From: Fervidobacterium sp. | Lineage (GTDB): Bacteria; Thermotogota; Thermotogae; Thermotogales; Fervidobacteriaceae | Direction of reading: 5' to 3' | Length of the DNA: 64,000 bases | Assembly: GCA_049970055.1 (NCBI GenBank) | Contig: JBMFNR010000001.1 | Span: forward strand, 96,001-160,000 | Part shown: piece by piece, positions 20,815 to 31,104 of the stretch | Position numbering within the stretch: the stretch's first letter is position 1 | Layout of the letters: each line of letters begins with the position of its first letter | Made by a program: the position numbers and the translations under genes | Notes under the pieces: model-generated | Told to the model about the DNA's origin: nothing | The model's database searches: none | What the model saw: the letters and a program-made list of their open reading frames with translations, nothing else

Positions 20815-21795
20815 TTATATTTTGTCAATTGTACTCACACACATAGCCGTAATTCCCCTCTGCTGTGATTCGGGGTATACATCGTTACCACTCTTGAACT
20901 TTATTGATACTTGGCAGTTACAAATTGATTCCAAATTTTGTACAATTTTTTCTCTATAATTTTTGAGCCTTATCGATGAAATTATAACACAATCTATGGA
21001 AGAAAGGAAGAAGCCTGATGAAATAACCATTTTGACAACTTCGTCGAGCATTTCGATACTTTTTCGACCTTTATTTTTTTCATTTTCCGGAAAAAGAACG
21101 CCAATATCAACCTTGTATGTTATTCCCAATATACTATCGATAATTGCATGAGCAAGAACATCCGCATCAGAATGTCCTAAAAGTCCAACGTCAGATTCGA
21201 TCTGAACGCCCCCAAGGATTAATTTTTTGTTTTCTGCAATAGGATGCGTATCCCAACCAAATCCGGTCATTGTCTGATAGTCGCTGAGCTTTAATAACCT
21301 TTTCATCCTTACATGAACGGGTTTTGATTCTTCAAAACCAAAACTTTCAAACAACTTCGGTTCGAATGTGTCAATTATTATCCTTTTGTATCGATTGCTC
21401 TTCATGAACTTGTACAATAAAAATTCTTTCATCTCACCTGATAATGAAATGATGTACAGATCATCAACAGAAAAGTCCATCAATATCCTTTCAATGATGT
21501 AAATCATTTTCGAACCAATAGGTATAATTTTAAATCCGAGAATTCTAAACCACTTCTGATATCCATGCCTGAAGTCTGCCTTCGTCGCGTACAATAATAC
21601 ACTCTTAACTTCGTCATTTTCCATCAAGACAAATGTTCTCGATTTGGTAAATGGTGGAATATCCTCCAACAAAGCTTCATATATATATTTCTGAGCTTTT
21701 GAACCAAGCAATTGGTCGTAAAATTCTTTTTTTTCGTTATATATTAATTCACTAACTTCTTTGGCAATCTTTTCATTAGCTGTTGTAATGGTCAA
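20815..21795 (-). CDS. ispF: MECDP synthase (IspF) fused to an N-terminal ~175-aa GNAT-like domain
   Basis: C-terminal half carries GFGWDTH, LILGGV, GHSDADVLAHAIID, DIG..FP and KFKSGN. N-terminal half is of unknown function. TTG start after SD GAGGTG. Confidence 0.85.
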   Translation of the reverse strand: MTITTANEKIAKEVSELIYNEKKEFYDQLLGSKAQKYIYEALLEDIPPFTKSRTFVLMENDEVKSVLLYATKADFRHGYQKWFRILGFKIIPIGSKMIYIIERILMDFSVDDLYIISLSGEMKEFLLYKFMKSNRYKRIIIDTFEPKLFESFGFEESKPVHVRMKRLLKLSDYQTMTGFGWDTHPIAENKKLILGGVQIESDVGLLGHSDADVLAHAIIDSILGITYKVDIGVLFPENEKNKGRKSIEMLDEVVKMVISSGFFLSSIDCVIISSIRLKNYREKIVQNLESICNCQVSIKFKSGNDVYPESQQRGITAMCVSTIDKI

Positions 21796-21813
21796 TATAT
21801 CACCTCGATCTTT

Positions 21814-22800
21814 CTACTTGGATAATAGATAAACTATTATCAATAAAGCGCCAGTTATTAATAATGTTGTCATAAACGATATTAATAATTCTGAACCTGT
21901 TGTCGATGGAATCTCAATTTTTATATTTCGTGGAACATCTAGCTGCTTTGAACTTTGTTCTTGAGATTGGATTTTGCGCCTTTTCAAAAAGTACGTTTCA
22001 TCACTTAGTATCTTTACTGAAGGACTTATGAGGGTTTTTCCATATATCTCATCGGCAAGCTCAACTTTTACCAAAAATAGGTTTCCACCTTTAACTTTGA
22101 CGAGTTCTTTACTTACTATAGTGGCTTCAAAAGAGGATTTTTGTAAATCTATACCAGGATAATTTTCTCTTATTTTTTCCTCGAACTTTCCAGGGTTGAG
22201 TACAACGACTGGTATCTTATCACCTATGTCAAATTGAAGTATCGATGTTCCATTGATTGGATCTATGACGGGAAATACTTCAACAAGTTCTGAAAGATCA
22301 CTTCTTGAGTAAACCTTTGCAACGGACTCGTCGGAAAAATCTTCTTGAAGGTTTATAAAGGTAAGAGATGAATATTCTTCCAAGCTCAACCCTTGAAACT
22401 TGAGGAAAATTTCCATCTTTGGACTCCATTCCTCAAGTAAATCTCCTATAATCGTACGTAAAACTTCTCCGTCATTATCTTTTATCGCAGTTGAGAACTC
22501 AATGCCAAGTGGAATTTTTCCACGTCTATTCATTATGTTGTTCAGGTAGGTTAAGAATGCCAAGGTGATATCATATGTTCCTGGAATTTCTTTGATTTTT
22601 TTCTTAATACTTTCCAATTTTTCTTTGAATTCGTTTAAGTTCTCATCTAATGTTATTTCATCAAGAATATTAGAGTAACGCAGTGGTACGACTACAAAAT
22701 CGTAGTCTGGCACACTATTTGTCTTTCCGAAAAAATATCCAACGATGTCTTCTGCTGTACCCTTACTTCTCGCTCTGACTTTTATAAAATACAGGTCCAA
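21814..22800 (-). CDS. Hypothetical protein with a C-terminal TM anchor (Thermotogae-type, possibly DUF4899)
   Basis: 328-aa ORF, TTG start after SD GGGAGG; FPVIDPING motif; hydrophobic C-terminus. Confidence 0.6.
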   Translation of the reverse strand: MDLYFIKVRARSKGTAEDIVGYFFGKTNSVPDYDFVVVPLRYSNILDEITLDENLNEFKEKLESIKKKIKEIPGTYDITLAFLTYLNNIMNRRGKIPLGIEFSTAIKDNDGEVLRTIIGDLLEEWSPKMEIFLKFQGLSLEEYSSLTFINLQEDFSDESVAKVYSRSDLSELVEVFPVIDPINGTSILQFDIGDKIPVVVLNPGKFEEKIRENYPGIDLQKSSFEATIVSKELVKVKGGNLFLVKVELADEIYGKTLISPSVKILSDETYFLKRRKIQSQEQSSKQLDVPRNIKIEIPSTTGSELLISFMTTLLITGALLIIVYLLSK

Positions 22801-22841
22801 AGATATTCCTCCCTGTTAAAAAACTAAAGTACTACCTAGAC

Positions 22842-24089
22842 TTATACAAAGTAGCCACCACTTTCGATTTTACTTGCAGCTGGAAGTATTTTATCATTAC
22901 CGATAACAACATTTTTACCTAAAACACAATTTTCTTCAATTAAACTATCCATACCAATAACTGTGATATGCGAATTGTAAATTTTTTTGTCATACTTGCT
23001 TTCTGAAAATTCTCCGATACCAATTTTACATCCATCCTTTATTATTGTATTTTCGGCAATAATCGAGTCCTCTATGATTACATTTTTGCCTATTTCCACC
23101 TTTGTCATTATTACACTATTTTTTATAATCGTGCCTTCACCGATTATAACACCCTGGGATATAACACTGTTTTCAACAGTTCCGTATATTTCACAGCCTT
23201 CACTGATTATAGAATTTCTTACTTCACCTTGAGGCGACACGTACGCTGGTTGCATTTCTTCTGATCTTGTGTAAAACCGCCAATTTGGATCATGTAAGTT
23301 AAACGGTGGGACAGGTCTTACGAGCTCCAAATTTGCTTCCCAATAAGACAGTATGGTTCCAACATCTTGCCAATATCCCTCAAATGGATAAGCGTAAACT
23401 TTTCCTGTTGAAAGTATCTTTGGTATCACGTTTTTACCGAAATCATGCTCACTCGTTTCGTCTTTTGCATCATCTATAAGTATCTGTTTTATGAAGTTCC
23501 ATGTGAAAACATATATACCAAGCGATGCAAGGTTAGATTTCGGTTCTTTAGGTTTTTCTTGAAATTCTACGATTCTATTTTCTATATCTGTAACCATTAT
23601 TCCAAATCTACGTGCTTCGCTTATAGGGACCTCCATGCAAGCTATCGTAGCTAAAGCGCCTTTTGATATATGATAATAAACAAATTCACCGTAGTCCATA
23701 GAGTATATATGGTCACCTGACAATACAACTATATATTCAGGTTCGTACTCATCAATAAACTCTATATTTTGGTATATTGCATCCGCTGTACCTTTGTACC
23801 AGACACTTTCTGTGAGTGTTGAGTATGGTTGGAGAATTGTGACACCGCCACCTTTTCTGTCGAGATCCCAAGGTTTACCTATGCCTATGTGTTTGTTTAG
23901 AAGGTGCGGTCTGTATTGAGTCAGTACGCCCACGCGATATATTCCTGAATTCACACAATTACTAAGTGTGAAATCTATGATTCTATACTTTCCTCCAAAT
24001 TGTACAGCTGGCTTGGGGATTTTTTCGGTTAATACTCCGAGCCGTGTTCCTTGTCCCCCCGCTAAAATCAAACCTACGATGTTCTTCAT
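22842..24089 (-). CDS. glgC: Glucose-1-phosphate adenylyltransferase, catalytic subunit
   Basis: [39 protein letters not shown] and YWQDVGT; start ATG 24089. Confidence 0.93.
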   Translation of the reverse strand: MKNIVGLILAGGQGTRLGVLTEKIPKPAVQFGGKYRIIDFTLSNCVNSGIYRVGVLTQYRPHLLNKHIGIGKPWDLDRKGGGVTILQPYSTLTESVWYKGTADAIYQNIEFIDEYEPEYIVVLSGDHIYSMDYGEFVYYHISKGALATIACMEVPISEARRFGIMVTDIENRIVEFQEKPKEPKSNLASLGIYVFTWNFIKQILIDDAKDETSEHDFGKNVIPKILSTGKVYAYPFEGYWQDVGTILSYWEANLELVRPVPPFNLHDPNWRFYTRSEEMQPAYVSPQGEVRNSIISEGCEIYGTVENSVISQGVIIGEGTIIKNSVIMTKVEIGKNVIIEDSIIAENTIIKDGCKIGIGEFSESKYDKKIYNSHITVIGMDSLIEENCVLGKNVVIGNDKILPAASKIESGGYFV

Positions 24090-24102
24090 ACCCCCACCAC
24101 CT

Positions 24103-25218
24103 TTATACAACCATCCATTTTTCTAAAACAACAGGTTCAAAGTCTCCGGCAAGTACTTGTTCGGCTCGTATTACACAGTTTTTATCGATTATTGCGTTCT
24201 TCACATATGCTCCCTCTTCAATGATTGTATCTTGCATTATTATAGAATTCTCAACCCTTGCTCCGGCTTTTATCACAACACCTCTGAATATTACGGAATT
24301 TCTCACACTGCCAGATACGATGCAGCCATCAGCAATGATAGAATTCGAAACTTTTGCTGTACCTGTGAATTTTGCGGGTGGGTAATCTTTCAACTTTGTG
24401 TAAACTTTACCGTTTTTTAGGAAAAGCTCATCCCTAATACCCCTATTGTTAAGAACTTCCATGTTTGTTCTGTAATACTCAGCTATCCCTTTTTTTACAT
24501 TTCGCCAATAACCTTTAAACTCGTAAGCGTAAACTCTCAACTTGCTCAAGTTCGGGATTATGACATCCAGTAGCAGATCGTACTTGCCTGAAGGTACCGT
24601 ATCGTAGAGTATATCTAATAGAAGGTATTTATTTATAAAGTAAACGCCAAGGAACGCCTTGTGCAGTGGAGGATTATCAACTTTCTCGTATATCTCCCTA
24701 ATTCTTCCATCTCCGTCGGTAACTACGACACCGTAGTCTTTCAAGTTATACGATTCATCAAGTTCTTTCACCAAAAGTGTTACATCTGCACCTTTAGAGA
24801 AATGAAAACTAAACATATCATTGTAAATCATCTTGTATATATGATCACCAGAACCTATTAAGACATAATCCTCATCACCACGGCGCAACATCGTTGTGTT
24901 TTGAAAAATGGCATCAGCCGTTCCACGATACCAATACTCACCTGTCATACCGAGGTATGGTTGTAAAATGTACAATCCACCATGCTTTCTGTCAAGGTCC
25001 CATTCCTTCCCAGAACCAAGATGATCCATAAGGCTCCGTGGGTTATATTGAGTTAACACACCTACTTTGTATATCCCAGAATTAACCATGTTACTCAATG
25101 TAAAATCGATGGCTCTATATTTTCCGAAAACAGGTAGTGCGGCACTTGCACGTTTGTAGACTAGTTTTCCAAGTGCCTCGCTTTTCCCTCCGGCTAAAAT
25201 TAGTCCAAGTACTTTCAT
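24103..25218 (-). CDS. glgD: Glucose-1-phosphate adenylyltransferase, GlgD subunit
   Basis: GlgC paralogue with a degenerate Gly loop ([18 protein letters not shown]) and [14 protein letters not shown]. Confidence 0.85.
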   Translation of the reverse strand: MKVLGLILAGGKSEALGKLVYKRASAALPVFGKYRAIDFTLSNMVNSGIYKVGVLTQYNPRSLMDHLGSGKEWDLDRKHGGLYILQPYLGMTGEYWYRGTADAIFQNTTMLRRGDEDYVLIGSGDHIYKMIYNDMFSFHFSKGADVTLLVKELDESYNLKDYGVVVTDGDGRIREIYEKVDNPPLHKAFLGVYFINKYLLLDILYDTVPSGKYDLLLDVIIPNLSKLRVYAYEFKGYWRNVKKGIAEYYRTNMEVLNNRGIRDELFLKNGKVYTKLKDYPPAKFTGTAKVSNSIIADGCIVSGSVRNSVIFRGVVIKAGARVENSIIMQDTIIEEGAYVKNAIIDKNCVIRAEQVLAGDFEPVVLEKWMVV

Positions 25219-25264
25219 GGGATTACCTCCCTTAATAAGCGCAAAAAAGCGCTCCTAATTGATA

Positions 25265-26011
25265 TTATAATGAATGCTTTACTATGTTCACTCCAGAACT
25301 TGTACCTATTCGTGTAGCGCCAGCTGATAACATTTTTATAGCATCTTCGTACGTCTTTATTCCGCCTGAAGCTTTGATTTCTATCTCGCTATCAACTGCC
25401 CAATACATGAGCTGTACATCTTCGAATTTTGCACCTGCTGTTCCAAAGCCAGTTGATGTTTTGACGAATTGTGCACCTGCGAGTTTAGAAATAAGACTCG
25501 CTGCAACTTTTTCCTCATCTGTTAGATAACACGTTTCGATGATAACTTTCACAGGAACACGTGCAGCCTCAACGACAGCTTTTATATCGTTGTAGACGTA
25601 ATCGTAATCTTTTTCTTTAAGCTTTCCAATGTGTATCACCATATCAATCTCTTGAGCTCCGTTTTCTACCGCCCATTTTGTTTCATATACTTTTGATGAT
25701 GTGCTTGTTGCACCAAGCGGAAACCCAACAACTGTTACTGTTAGTGTGTTACTTCCTTTAAGCATTTCGGAAACAAGCGGCACGAACGACGGATTCACAC
25801 ACACTCCTTTAAAATTGTGTTCTAAAGCTTCTTGACATAACAATTTGATTTCTTCTGTTGTTGCAGTGGGTTTCAAATTAGTGTGGTCTATGTACTCGTT
25901 TATTTTTAAATTTTTTAAGTCAATACTCAAAGTTTTTGGCTGGTAGGAGGTGTGAAATTGGTTAATTTTTTCTTCAACGATCTTTCTGATATTTTCTATG
26001 ATATTCTCCAT
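25265..26011 (-). CDS. deoC: Deoxyribose-phosphate aldolase
   Basis: IDHTNL, VVGFPLG, EIDMV, KVIIET, FVKTSTGF, KASGG and RIGTS motifs. Confidence 0.97.
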   Translation of the reverse strand: MENIIENIRKIVEEKINQFHTSYQPKTLSIDLKNLKINEYIDHTNLKPTATTEEIKLLCQEALEHNFKGVCVNPSFVPLVSEMLKGSNTLTVTVVGFPLGATSTSSKVYETKWAVENGAQEIDMVIHIGKLKEKDYDYVYNDIKAVVEAARVPVKVIIETCYLTDEEKVAASLISKLAGAQFVKTSTGFGTAGAKFEDVQLMYWAVDSEIEIKASGGIKTYEDAIKMLSAGATRIGTSSGVNIVKHSL

Positions 26012-26037
26012 AAACTTCGATCTCCTTTCTTGTAATT

Positions 26038-26487
26038 TTATCTATTGTACTTTAAATATTCTTTGATTTTCTTCTGTGTCTCTTTTTTCTTTATTTCTTC
26101 GCGCTTGTCGTACGTTTTCTTACCTTTTGCAACTGCAATTTCAACTTTTACTTTCCCTTGATCATTAAAATATATTTTTGTTGGAACAATAGTGTACCCT
26201 TCTTGCCTTACCTTTCCCCAGATACGATCTAATTGCTTTCTGTGTAGTAGTAATTTCCTTGGACGTTCTGGATCATGATTATAGATGTTGCCATGTTGGT
26301 AAGGTGGTATATGTAAATTTAACAACCAAATCTCTCCATCTTTTATTCTACAAAAAGAATCTTTAAAACTTGCTCCGTGATCTCTTAGTGATTTTACCTC
26401 TGTTCCAACTAAAACAATGCCAGCTTCATAAGTTTCATCTATGACATAATCGGTGTACGCCTTTTTGTTTGTTGCTATAACCTTCAA
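26038..26487 (-). CDS. smpB: SsrA-binding protein
   Basis: NKKA, EAGIVL.GTEVKSLR, RKLLLH and GKKTYDKRE motifs. TTG 26487 (coupled to the yraN stop) preferred over GTG 26499. Confidence 0.95.
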   Translation of the reverse strand: MKVIATNKKAYTDYVIDETYEAGIVLVGTEVKSLRDHGASFKDSFCRIKDGEIWLLNLHIPPYQHGNIYNHDPERPRKLLLHRKQLDRIWGKVRQEGYTIVPTKIYFNDQGKVKVEIAVAKGKKTYDKREEIKKKETQKKIKEYLKYNR

Positions 26488-26840
26488 CTGAAATCCCACC
26501 CTATATCTTCATAATGAATTAACTCTTCTTCGATAACTTCAATTATATCGAACTGTACTTTTTCGTAATTTTTACCTTTCAGAAAGTACTCAGCACTTTT
26601 AATCAGTTTACTGTATTTGCTTTGATCAACTCGTTCAGATGGTTTTATTTTCCTGCCAGTTCCGGATTTTACTTCTACAAAAATGAATTTCTTACCTTTC
26701 TTAGCTATTATATCTATCTCACCAAATGGCGTCTTCAAATTTCTTTCGATGATTTTATACTTTCTCACATTTTTGAGATACTCTGCAGCTTTATCTTCCG
26801 CAAGTTGCCAATTTTTCTTTGGTTTCAAGCTTTTATCCAT
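26484..26840 (-). CDS. YraN (UPF0102) family putative nuclease
   Basis: EDKAAEYL, ERN, GEIDIIA, FVEVK and FDII motifs. Confidence 0.9.
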   Translation of the reverse strand: MDKSLKPKKNWQLAEDKAAEYLKNVRKYKIIERNLKTPFGEIDIIAKKGKKFIFVEVKSGTGRKIKPSERVDQSKYSKLIKSAEYFLKGKNYEKVQFDIIEVIEEELIHYEDIGWDFS

Positions 26841-27120
26841 ATATACCCGGGACCTTCAAGAGTCTTCCATTACCTTCTGGGAAGTTTTTGATAATTTCTT
26901 CAACATTTTCGTATGTTCTTGGCTGGCAAATTCTGGGTTCAAATGGTTCTTCTATAGGAGTGTACATCGCCTCAATGTTCGATGTGTCAACTTCCGATAA
27001 GATTTCAAAGTAATCTAAAATTTTTTGTAGATCAACTTTCAATTTTTCTGTGTCTGAAACGTTTAACCTTGATAACTTTGCAAGATGTTCTATAAGCTTA
27101 TCATCAATCTTTATTGACAT
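26833..27120 (-). CDS. gatC: Asp/Glu-tRNA amidotransferase subunit C
   Basis: [19 protein letters not shown] and C-terminal KVP motifs. Confidence 0.9.
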   Translation of the reverse strand: MSIKIDDKLIEHLAKLSRLNVSDTEKLKVDLQKILDYFEILSEVDTSNIEAMYTPIEEPFEPRICQPRTYENVEEIIKNFPEGNGRLLKVPGIYG

Positions 27121-27352
27121 CTTTAAAAACCTCCTTGAAGTATGTGATTTCGTTTAGGTTGCTAGAAATTTCATTAACGATCTTTTTATTTTGATCAGCA
27201 ACTATTTTATATATTTCCTGCCTGTAAATCTTCACATTAGATGGCGCAACGATACCTATTTTAACAGTACTGTTGTCGATTTTCAGAATCTTAACTTCTA
27301 TGTCATCACCAATCATTATGCTCTCACCAATTCTTCTTGATAAGACAAGCAC
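27104..27352 (-). CDS. csrA: Carbon storage regulator CsrA
   Basis: [18 protein letters not shown]...[16 protein letters not shown]; adjacent to fliW. Confidence 0.95.
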   Translation of the reverse strand: MLVLSRRIGESIMIGDDIEVKILKIDNSTVKIGIVAPSNVKIYRQEIYKIVADQNKKIVNEISSNLNEITYFKEVFKDVNKD

Positions 27353-27367
27353 GCCGAATCACCACTC

Positions 27368-27838
27368 TTATGCCTCTTTTTCTGTTCTTTCTTCTGTTCT
27401 TTCTTGTGCTCTCTCGCTTTGTGTAGTGTTTGCAATAGGATGTTTTAAGTCGTATTTGTCAAGTATAATTTGCATACCAAGACCTGATTTTAAGTTTATA
27501 ACTATAGGTGCTTTCAAATTTACAGTTGTCTGTTCAGGTTTTCCGTTGGGAATTGTTACAACACTCCAGATAATAACATCACTTGGATCATTTACTTGAA
27601 GAATCTTCATTTCATCTTCTGAGAGTTCAACTTCATATTCGTTTTCAATAAGCCATGGATCAATAATAGGTAGTGCAACTGTTTCGTCTTCAAGACTCAC
27701 CAACCAACAAATGGGCTTCGTCTCTTCGAATGATACGACAGCGAACCGTCTTAAATGTTCAAATCCTGGAATTCCCTGTGGAAATGTTACTATTTCATTG
27801 TCTTTTATCTCGAACTTTCCCAACCTTGTTTCGTACAC
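27368..27838 (-). CDS. fliW: Flagellar assembly factor FliW (CsrA antagonist)
   Basis: FPQGIPGFE, IIDPW and TVNLKAPIVIN motifs; start GTG 27838 after SD AGGGGTG. Confidence 0.92.
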   Translation of the reverse strand: MYETRLGKFEIKDNEIVTFPQGIPGFEHLRRFAVVSFEETKPICWLVSLEDETVALPIIDPWLIENEYEVELSEDEMKILQVNDPSDVIIWSVVTIPNGKPEQTTVNLKAPIVINLKSGLGMQIILDKYDLKHPIANTTQSERAQERTEERTEKEA

Positions 27839-27867
27839 AAAACCACACCCCTGTGATGTTATTAATT

Positions 27868-28623
27868 TCAATGATTTTTAATAGCTTCTATGATTTTCTC
27901 GTAGAACACAAAGCTATGTTCCGGGTCTTCGAATAATTCGTGATATCCACCTTCAAATTCTTCGATATGTTTTTCTGTTTGTAATTCGTTGTAAAATTGC
28001 CTTGCCCCTTCTGGTGGTGTAACCTTATCGTTGGTACCAATTAAAATAGTCACTGGACATACAATTCTCTCAGCTTGCTGATGAGCTAACTCTACGTTAG
28101 TTAACATGCTTTTCCCAAGTTTTATAGAAATTCTGTCATGAACGAGCGGATCCGAGATATATTTTTGAACCGCTTCTTTATTACGCGATAATAAATTCGG
28201 ATCAATTCCATTGCTTAGAGTCAAAGACGGTAACGTAAAAGAAAGTAAATTTACCAAAACCTTCTGATAAGGTTTTGGTTCGAGGCGAAGTGCGGGTGAA
28301 GATACAACAAGTTTACTAACCCTTTGAGGTCTTGTTTCAGTATATCTCACTGCAATAAGACCACCTAAACTGTGACCAAAAAGGATGAAATTTTTGACGT
28401 CTTTTGTCACTTCGTCTATGATTTCTAAAACTTCTTCAATGGAAGTGTGGCCACGTTTTCCGGAACTTTTGCCGTGTCCTGGTAGATCAAACCCTATTAC
28501 CGCGTATTTCTCATTAATTAGCGTATTTACCAATTTTTCATACCTTCCGATATGTTCACCTAAGCCATGGATAATCGTGACCCAACCATTTTCTGGTTCG
28601 CCTTTCTTAATCGTGTAAATCAA
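27868..28623 (-). CDS. Alpha/beta hydrolase, lysophospholipase/monoacylglycerol lipase family
   Basis: HGLGEH, DLPGHG, GHSLGG nucleophile elbow, DPLVH and YHEL motifs. Confidence 0.9.
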   Translation of the reverse strand: MIYTIKKGEPENGWVTIIHGLGEHIGRYEKLVNTLINEKYAVIGFDLPGHGKSSGKRGHTSIEEVLEIIDEVTKDVKNFILFGHSLGGLIAVRYTETRPQRVSKLVVSSPALRLEPKPYQKVLVNLLSFTLPSLTLSNGIDPNLLSRNKEAVQKYISDPLVHDRISIKLGKSMLTNVELAHQQAERIVCPVTILIGTNDKVTPPEGARQFYNELQTEKHIEEFEGGYHELFEDPEHSFVFYEKIIEAIKNH

Positions 28624-28678
28624 AGAGCTCCCCCCTATCAGGTTAATTGAATTAGTATTATTAAATCAGTAATTAGAT

Positions 28679-29110
28679 CTATTGGTTGAAATTAAAATTT
28701 GTGTATTTTTTAACATCAATAACCTCAATTTTGTACTTTTTGTCGAATAATCTTGTAAACAGAAAACCTATGCCCGAAAAACTTGTCGCAATTAAAAATG
28801 ACAGAATGTCGTTCATTTTTAGAAGGTATCCTATTAATACACCGATTATAAATCCTGCCAATGGTATACCGTATAAAATAAAGGAAAGTATAGCTTCGTT
28901 GTATTTTAAGTCCACTACCACCATATCACCTGGAAGAAGAGGCTGTAGATGTTCCGGTACGGAGCTTTTAGCGATTTTTAATTCCTTTCCACTACCTTTC
29001 ACTGAGCAAGAACCTGAAAGTGCGCACGCAGAACATGTAGCTTCATTGACTAATAGAGCAACGTAAATAAACTTATCATCAATGTTCTTTACCTGCATTA
29101 ATTCTTTCAT
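28679..29110 (-). CDS. RseC/MucC family membrane protein
   Basis: CxxCxxxxxC (CSACALSGSC), GD.V, YGIPL and two C-terminal TMs. Confidence 0.85.
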   Translation of the reverse strand: MKELMQVKNIDDKFIYVALLVNEATCSACALSGSCSVKGSGKELKIAKSSVPEHLQPLLPGDMVVVDLKYNEAILSFILYGIPLAGFIIGVLIGYLLKMNDILSFLIATSFSGIGFLFTRLFDKKYKIEVIDVKKYTNFNFNQ

Positions 29111-29144
29111 TATGTGCCTCCTTATTAATCAACGTTCTTTAATG

Positions 29145-30758
29145 TTATTCTACCATCATTAGAAAGGGATAGTGCCGTTGACCACCTTCGAGGAATTCGA
29201 TCTGTATATTTGGATATTTTTTCTTCGTGTACTTCTCCACTATACTTTGTTCAATAGGTGTTGCATTTTCCCCAGTAAAAACAGTCAGAATCTCGCGATC
29301 TTGGAGTTGGCACTTCTGATAAAGTTTATCCAAAACGTTTACTAAATTGCGATGGTGGGTTACAAGCTCTTTGCCTACAAAACCGAGATACTCGTCTTTC
29401 TTTATTTTCTCACCTGCGTATTTTGAATCCCTGACAGCAATAGTGATAGAAATTGCAATAGTTTTTGGCAAAACTTCGTTGATAGATTTTATTATTTCTT
29501 CGACATCTTCTCCGGTTTTGTAAATCATCGCCATTATGTTTTCTTGAACATTTGTTGTTTTAATCACATGAACGTTTATATTTTCTTTTTCCGCAACCTT
29601 AGCAGCTTGTTCAGCCGCTAGTATAATATTTGGATTGTTGGGAAATACAATGACGTTATCTGCGTTTGCCTTTCTTATGGCGTCAAGTATATCTGCCATA
29701 CTTGGATTCATTGATTGGCCACCAGAGATAATTTCATCCGTTCCAAGATCTTTTAGTACCTTTGATAGGCCCTCTCCTGGTGAAACGGAAATAAATGCTA
29801 TTTTTTTACGCTCTTTCTTGACGTACTCACCTACAACGTGTTCGTGCTGCATTTTCATGTTATCGATCTTGACTTTTACTAAATCTCCATACTCCAAGAA
29901 CTTTTCAATTACATTGCCTGGATTGTTTGTGTGCACATGAAGTTTTATTATGTCGTCTTGAACAAAAAAGACAACAGAATCACCAATTTCGTTAAGGTAG
30001 GCCTCCATTTGTTTTTTTTCTTCACCGTTTATTTTCTTTCTGGACTCTACGATAAGTTCTGTACAATATTGGTACTCAAGTTCCTCTGGAGCGATTGTTA
30101 TTTTTTCTGCTGGCCTTGTTTCGATACCCTCGAGGTTGATTTTCGTATCACCAAGTACATATAATTTAAATCCTTGGATTACGTAGTACAATCCTTTTGC
30201 ACCTGCGTCAACTACATTTGCTTCTTTAAGTTTGGGAAGAAGTGATGGTGTTTTTTTCACAGCTTCGAGTGCGATTTCTTCCATCTTCTCAAAAAGTTCT
30301 TCGAAGCTCTCAAGGCTTGATAATTCTTTTGAACGCTCATCAAGCATCCTTACAACGGTAAGGATTGTCCCTTCAACCGGTTTCAAAACAGCTTTGTAAG
30401 CAACATCCTTTGCGCCTTTTATCCCTTTCACAAAATCTGTTACTGATAATTTACTCTTCTTGTCAAGCGACTCGCAAAAACCTCTGAATATTTGCGATAG
30501 AATAACCCCAGAGTTACCTCTAGCACCCATCAGTGTACCCTTTTTTATCGCATCTAGTACATTTTTAAGCTTAGTGTCTGTCAAGTTTTCCAAGTACTTA
30601 CAAGCTTCAAGCATTGTGGAACTCATATTCGATCCTGTGTCTCCATCTGGCACAGGGAAGACATTTAACGCATTTATCTCATCCCTGTGAGCCAACAGAT
30701 TCTCAGTACCTTTCATAAAAATACCTTTCATTTCAATTCCATTTATTGTATTAGACAA
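29145..30758 (-). CDS. fakA: DAK2-domain fatty acid kinase subunit A (YloV-like)
   Basis: INALNVFPVPDGDTGSNM, GARGNSGVILSQ, PVEGTILTV, VVDAG, HVHT and GGQSMNPS motifs. Confidence 0.9.
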   Translation of the reverse strand: MSNTINGIEMKGIFMKGTENLLAHRDEINALNVFPVPDGDTGSNMSSTMLEACKYLENLTDTKLKNVLDAIKKGTLMGARGNSGVILSQIFRGFCESLDKKSKLSVTDFVKGIKGAKDVAYKAVLKPVEGTILTVVRMLDERSKELSSLESFEELFEKMEEIALEAVKKTPSLLPKLKEANVVDAGAKGLYYVIQGFKLYVLGDTKINLEGIETRPAEKITIAPEELEYQYCTELIVESRKKINGEEKKQMEAYLNEIGDSVVFFVQDDIIKLHVHTNNPGNVIEKFLEYGDLVKVKIDNMKMQHEHVVGEYVKKERKKIAFISVSPGEGLSKVLKDLGTDEIISGGQSMNPSMADILDAIRKANADNVIVFPNNPNIILAAEQAAKVAEKENINVHVIKTTNVQENIMAMIYKTGEDVEEIIKSINEVLPKTIAISITIAVRDSKYAGEKIKKDEYLGFVGKELVTHHRNLVNVLDKLYQKCQLQDREILTVFTGENATPIEQSIVEKYTKKKYPNIQIEFLEGGQRHYPFLMMVE

Positions 30759-30774
30759 ATTATCACCTCATTTC

Positions 30775-31104
30775 TTATCTTAATCCGATGATGTTTACAT
30801 TGACTTCTGCATTCTCACAATTTGCAAGGTGCTCAAGTTTATGTCTTACGTTCTCCTCTATATTTCTACCTACTTCGGTAACTTTTGTACCGTATTCTAC
30901 CTCAACAAAAATATCAATTTTTATGTGTCCATATTCATCTTCTTCAACTTTTATTTTTCCTTCTTCAGAAGAAAACCACCTTGAAAACCAATTATCAGAA
31001 CCGATACTTATCGGACCGTATGTCTCAAGGACTGCTAAGTATACGAGTTTTCTTATAGCGTTAACTGTTATTTCAACTTCACCGTATTCCGTCTGGAATT
31101 TCAT
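30775..31104 (-). CDS. Asp23/Gls24 family protein (YloU-like)
   Basis: TEYG.VEI and VEYGTKV..V..NI motifs; precedes the DAK2 gene as in Firmicutes; ATG 31104 overlaps the dxs TGA. Confidence 0.88.
   Translation of the reverse strand: MKFQTEYGEVEITVNAIRKLVYLAVLETYGPISIGSDNWFSRWFSSEEGKIKVEEDEYGHIKIDIFVEVEYGTKVTEVGRNIEENVRHKLEHLANCENAEVNVNIIGLR

Noticed and set aside
27378..27412. Short 12-nt imperfect repeats at the 3' end of fliW
   Set aside because: They encode a low-complexity tail (ERAQERTEERTEK); not a CRISPR or mobile repeat.
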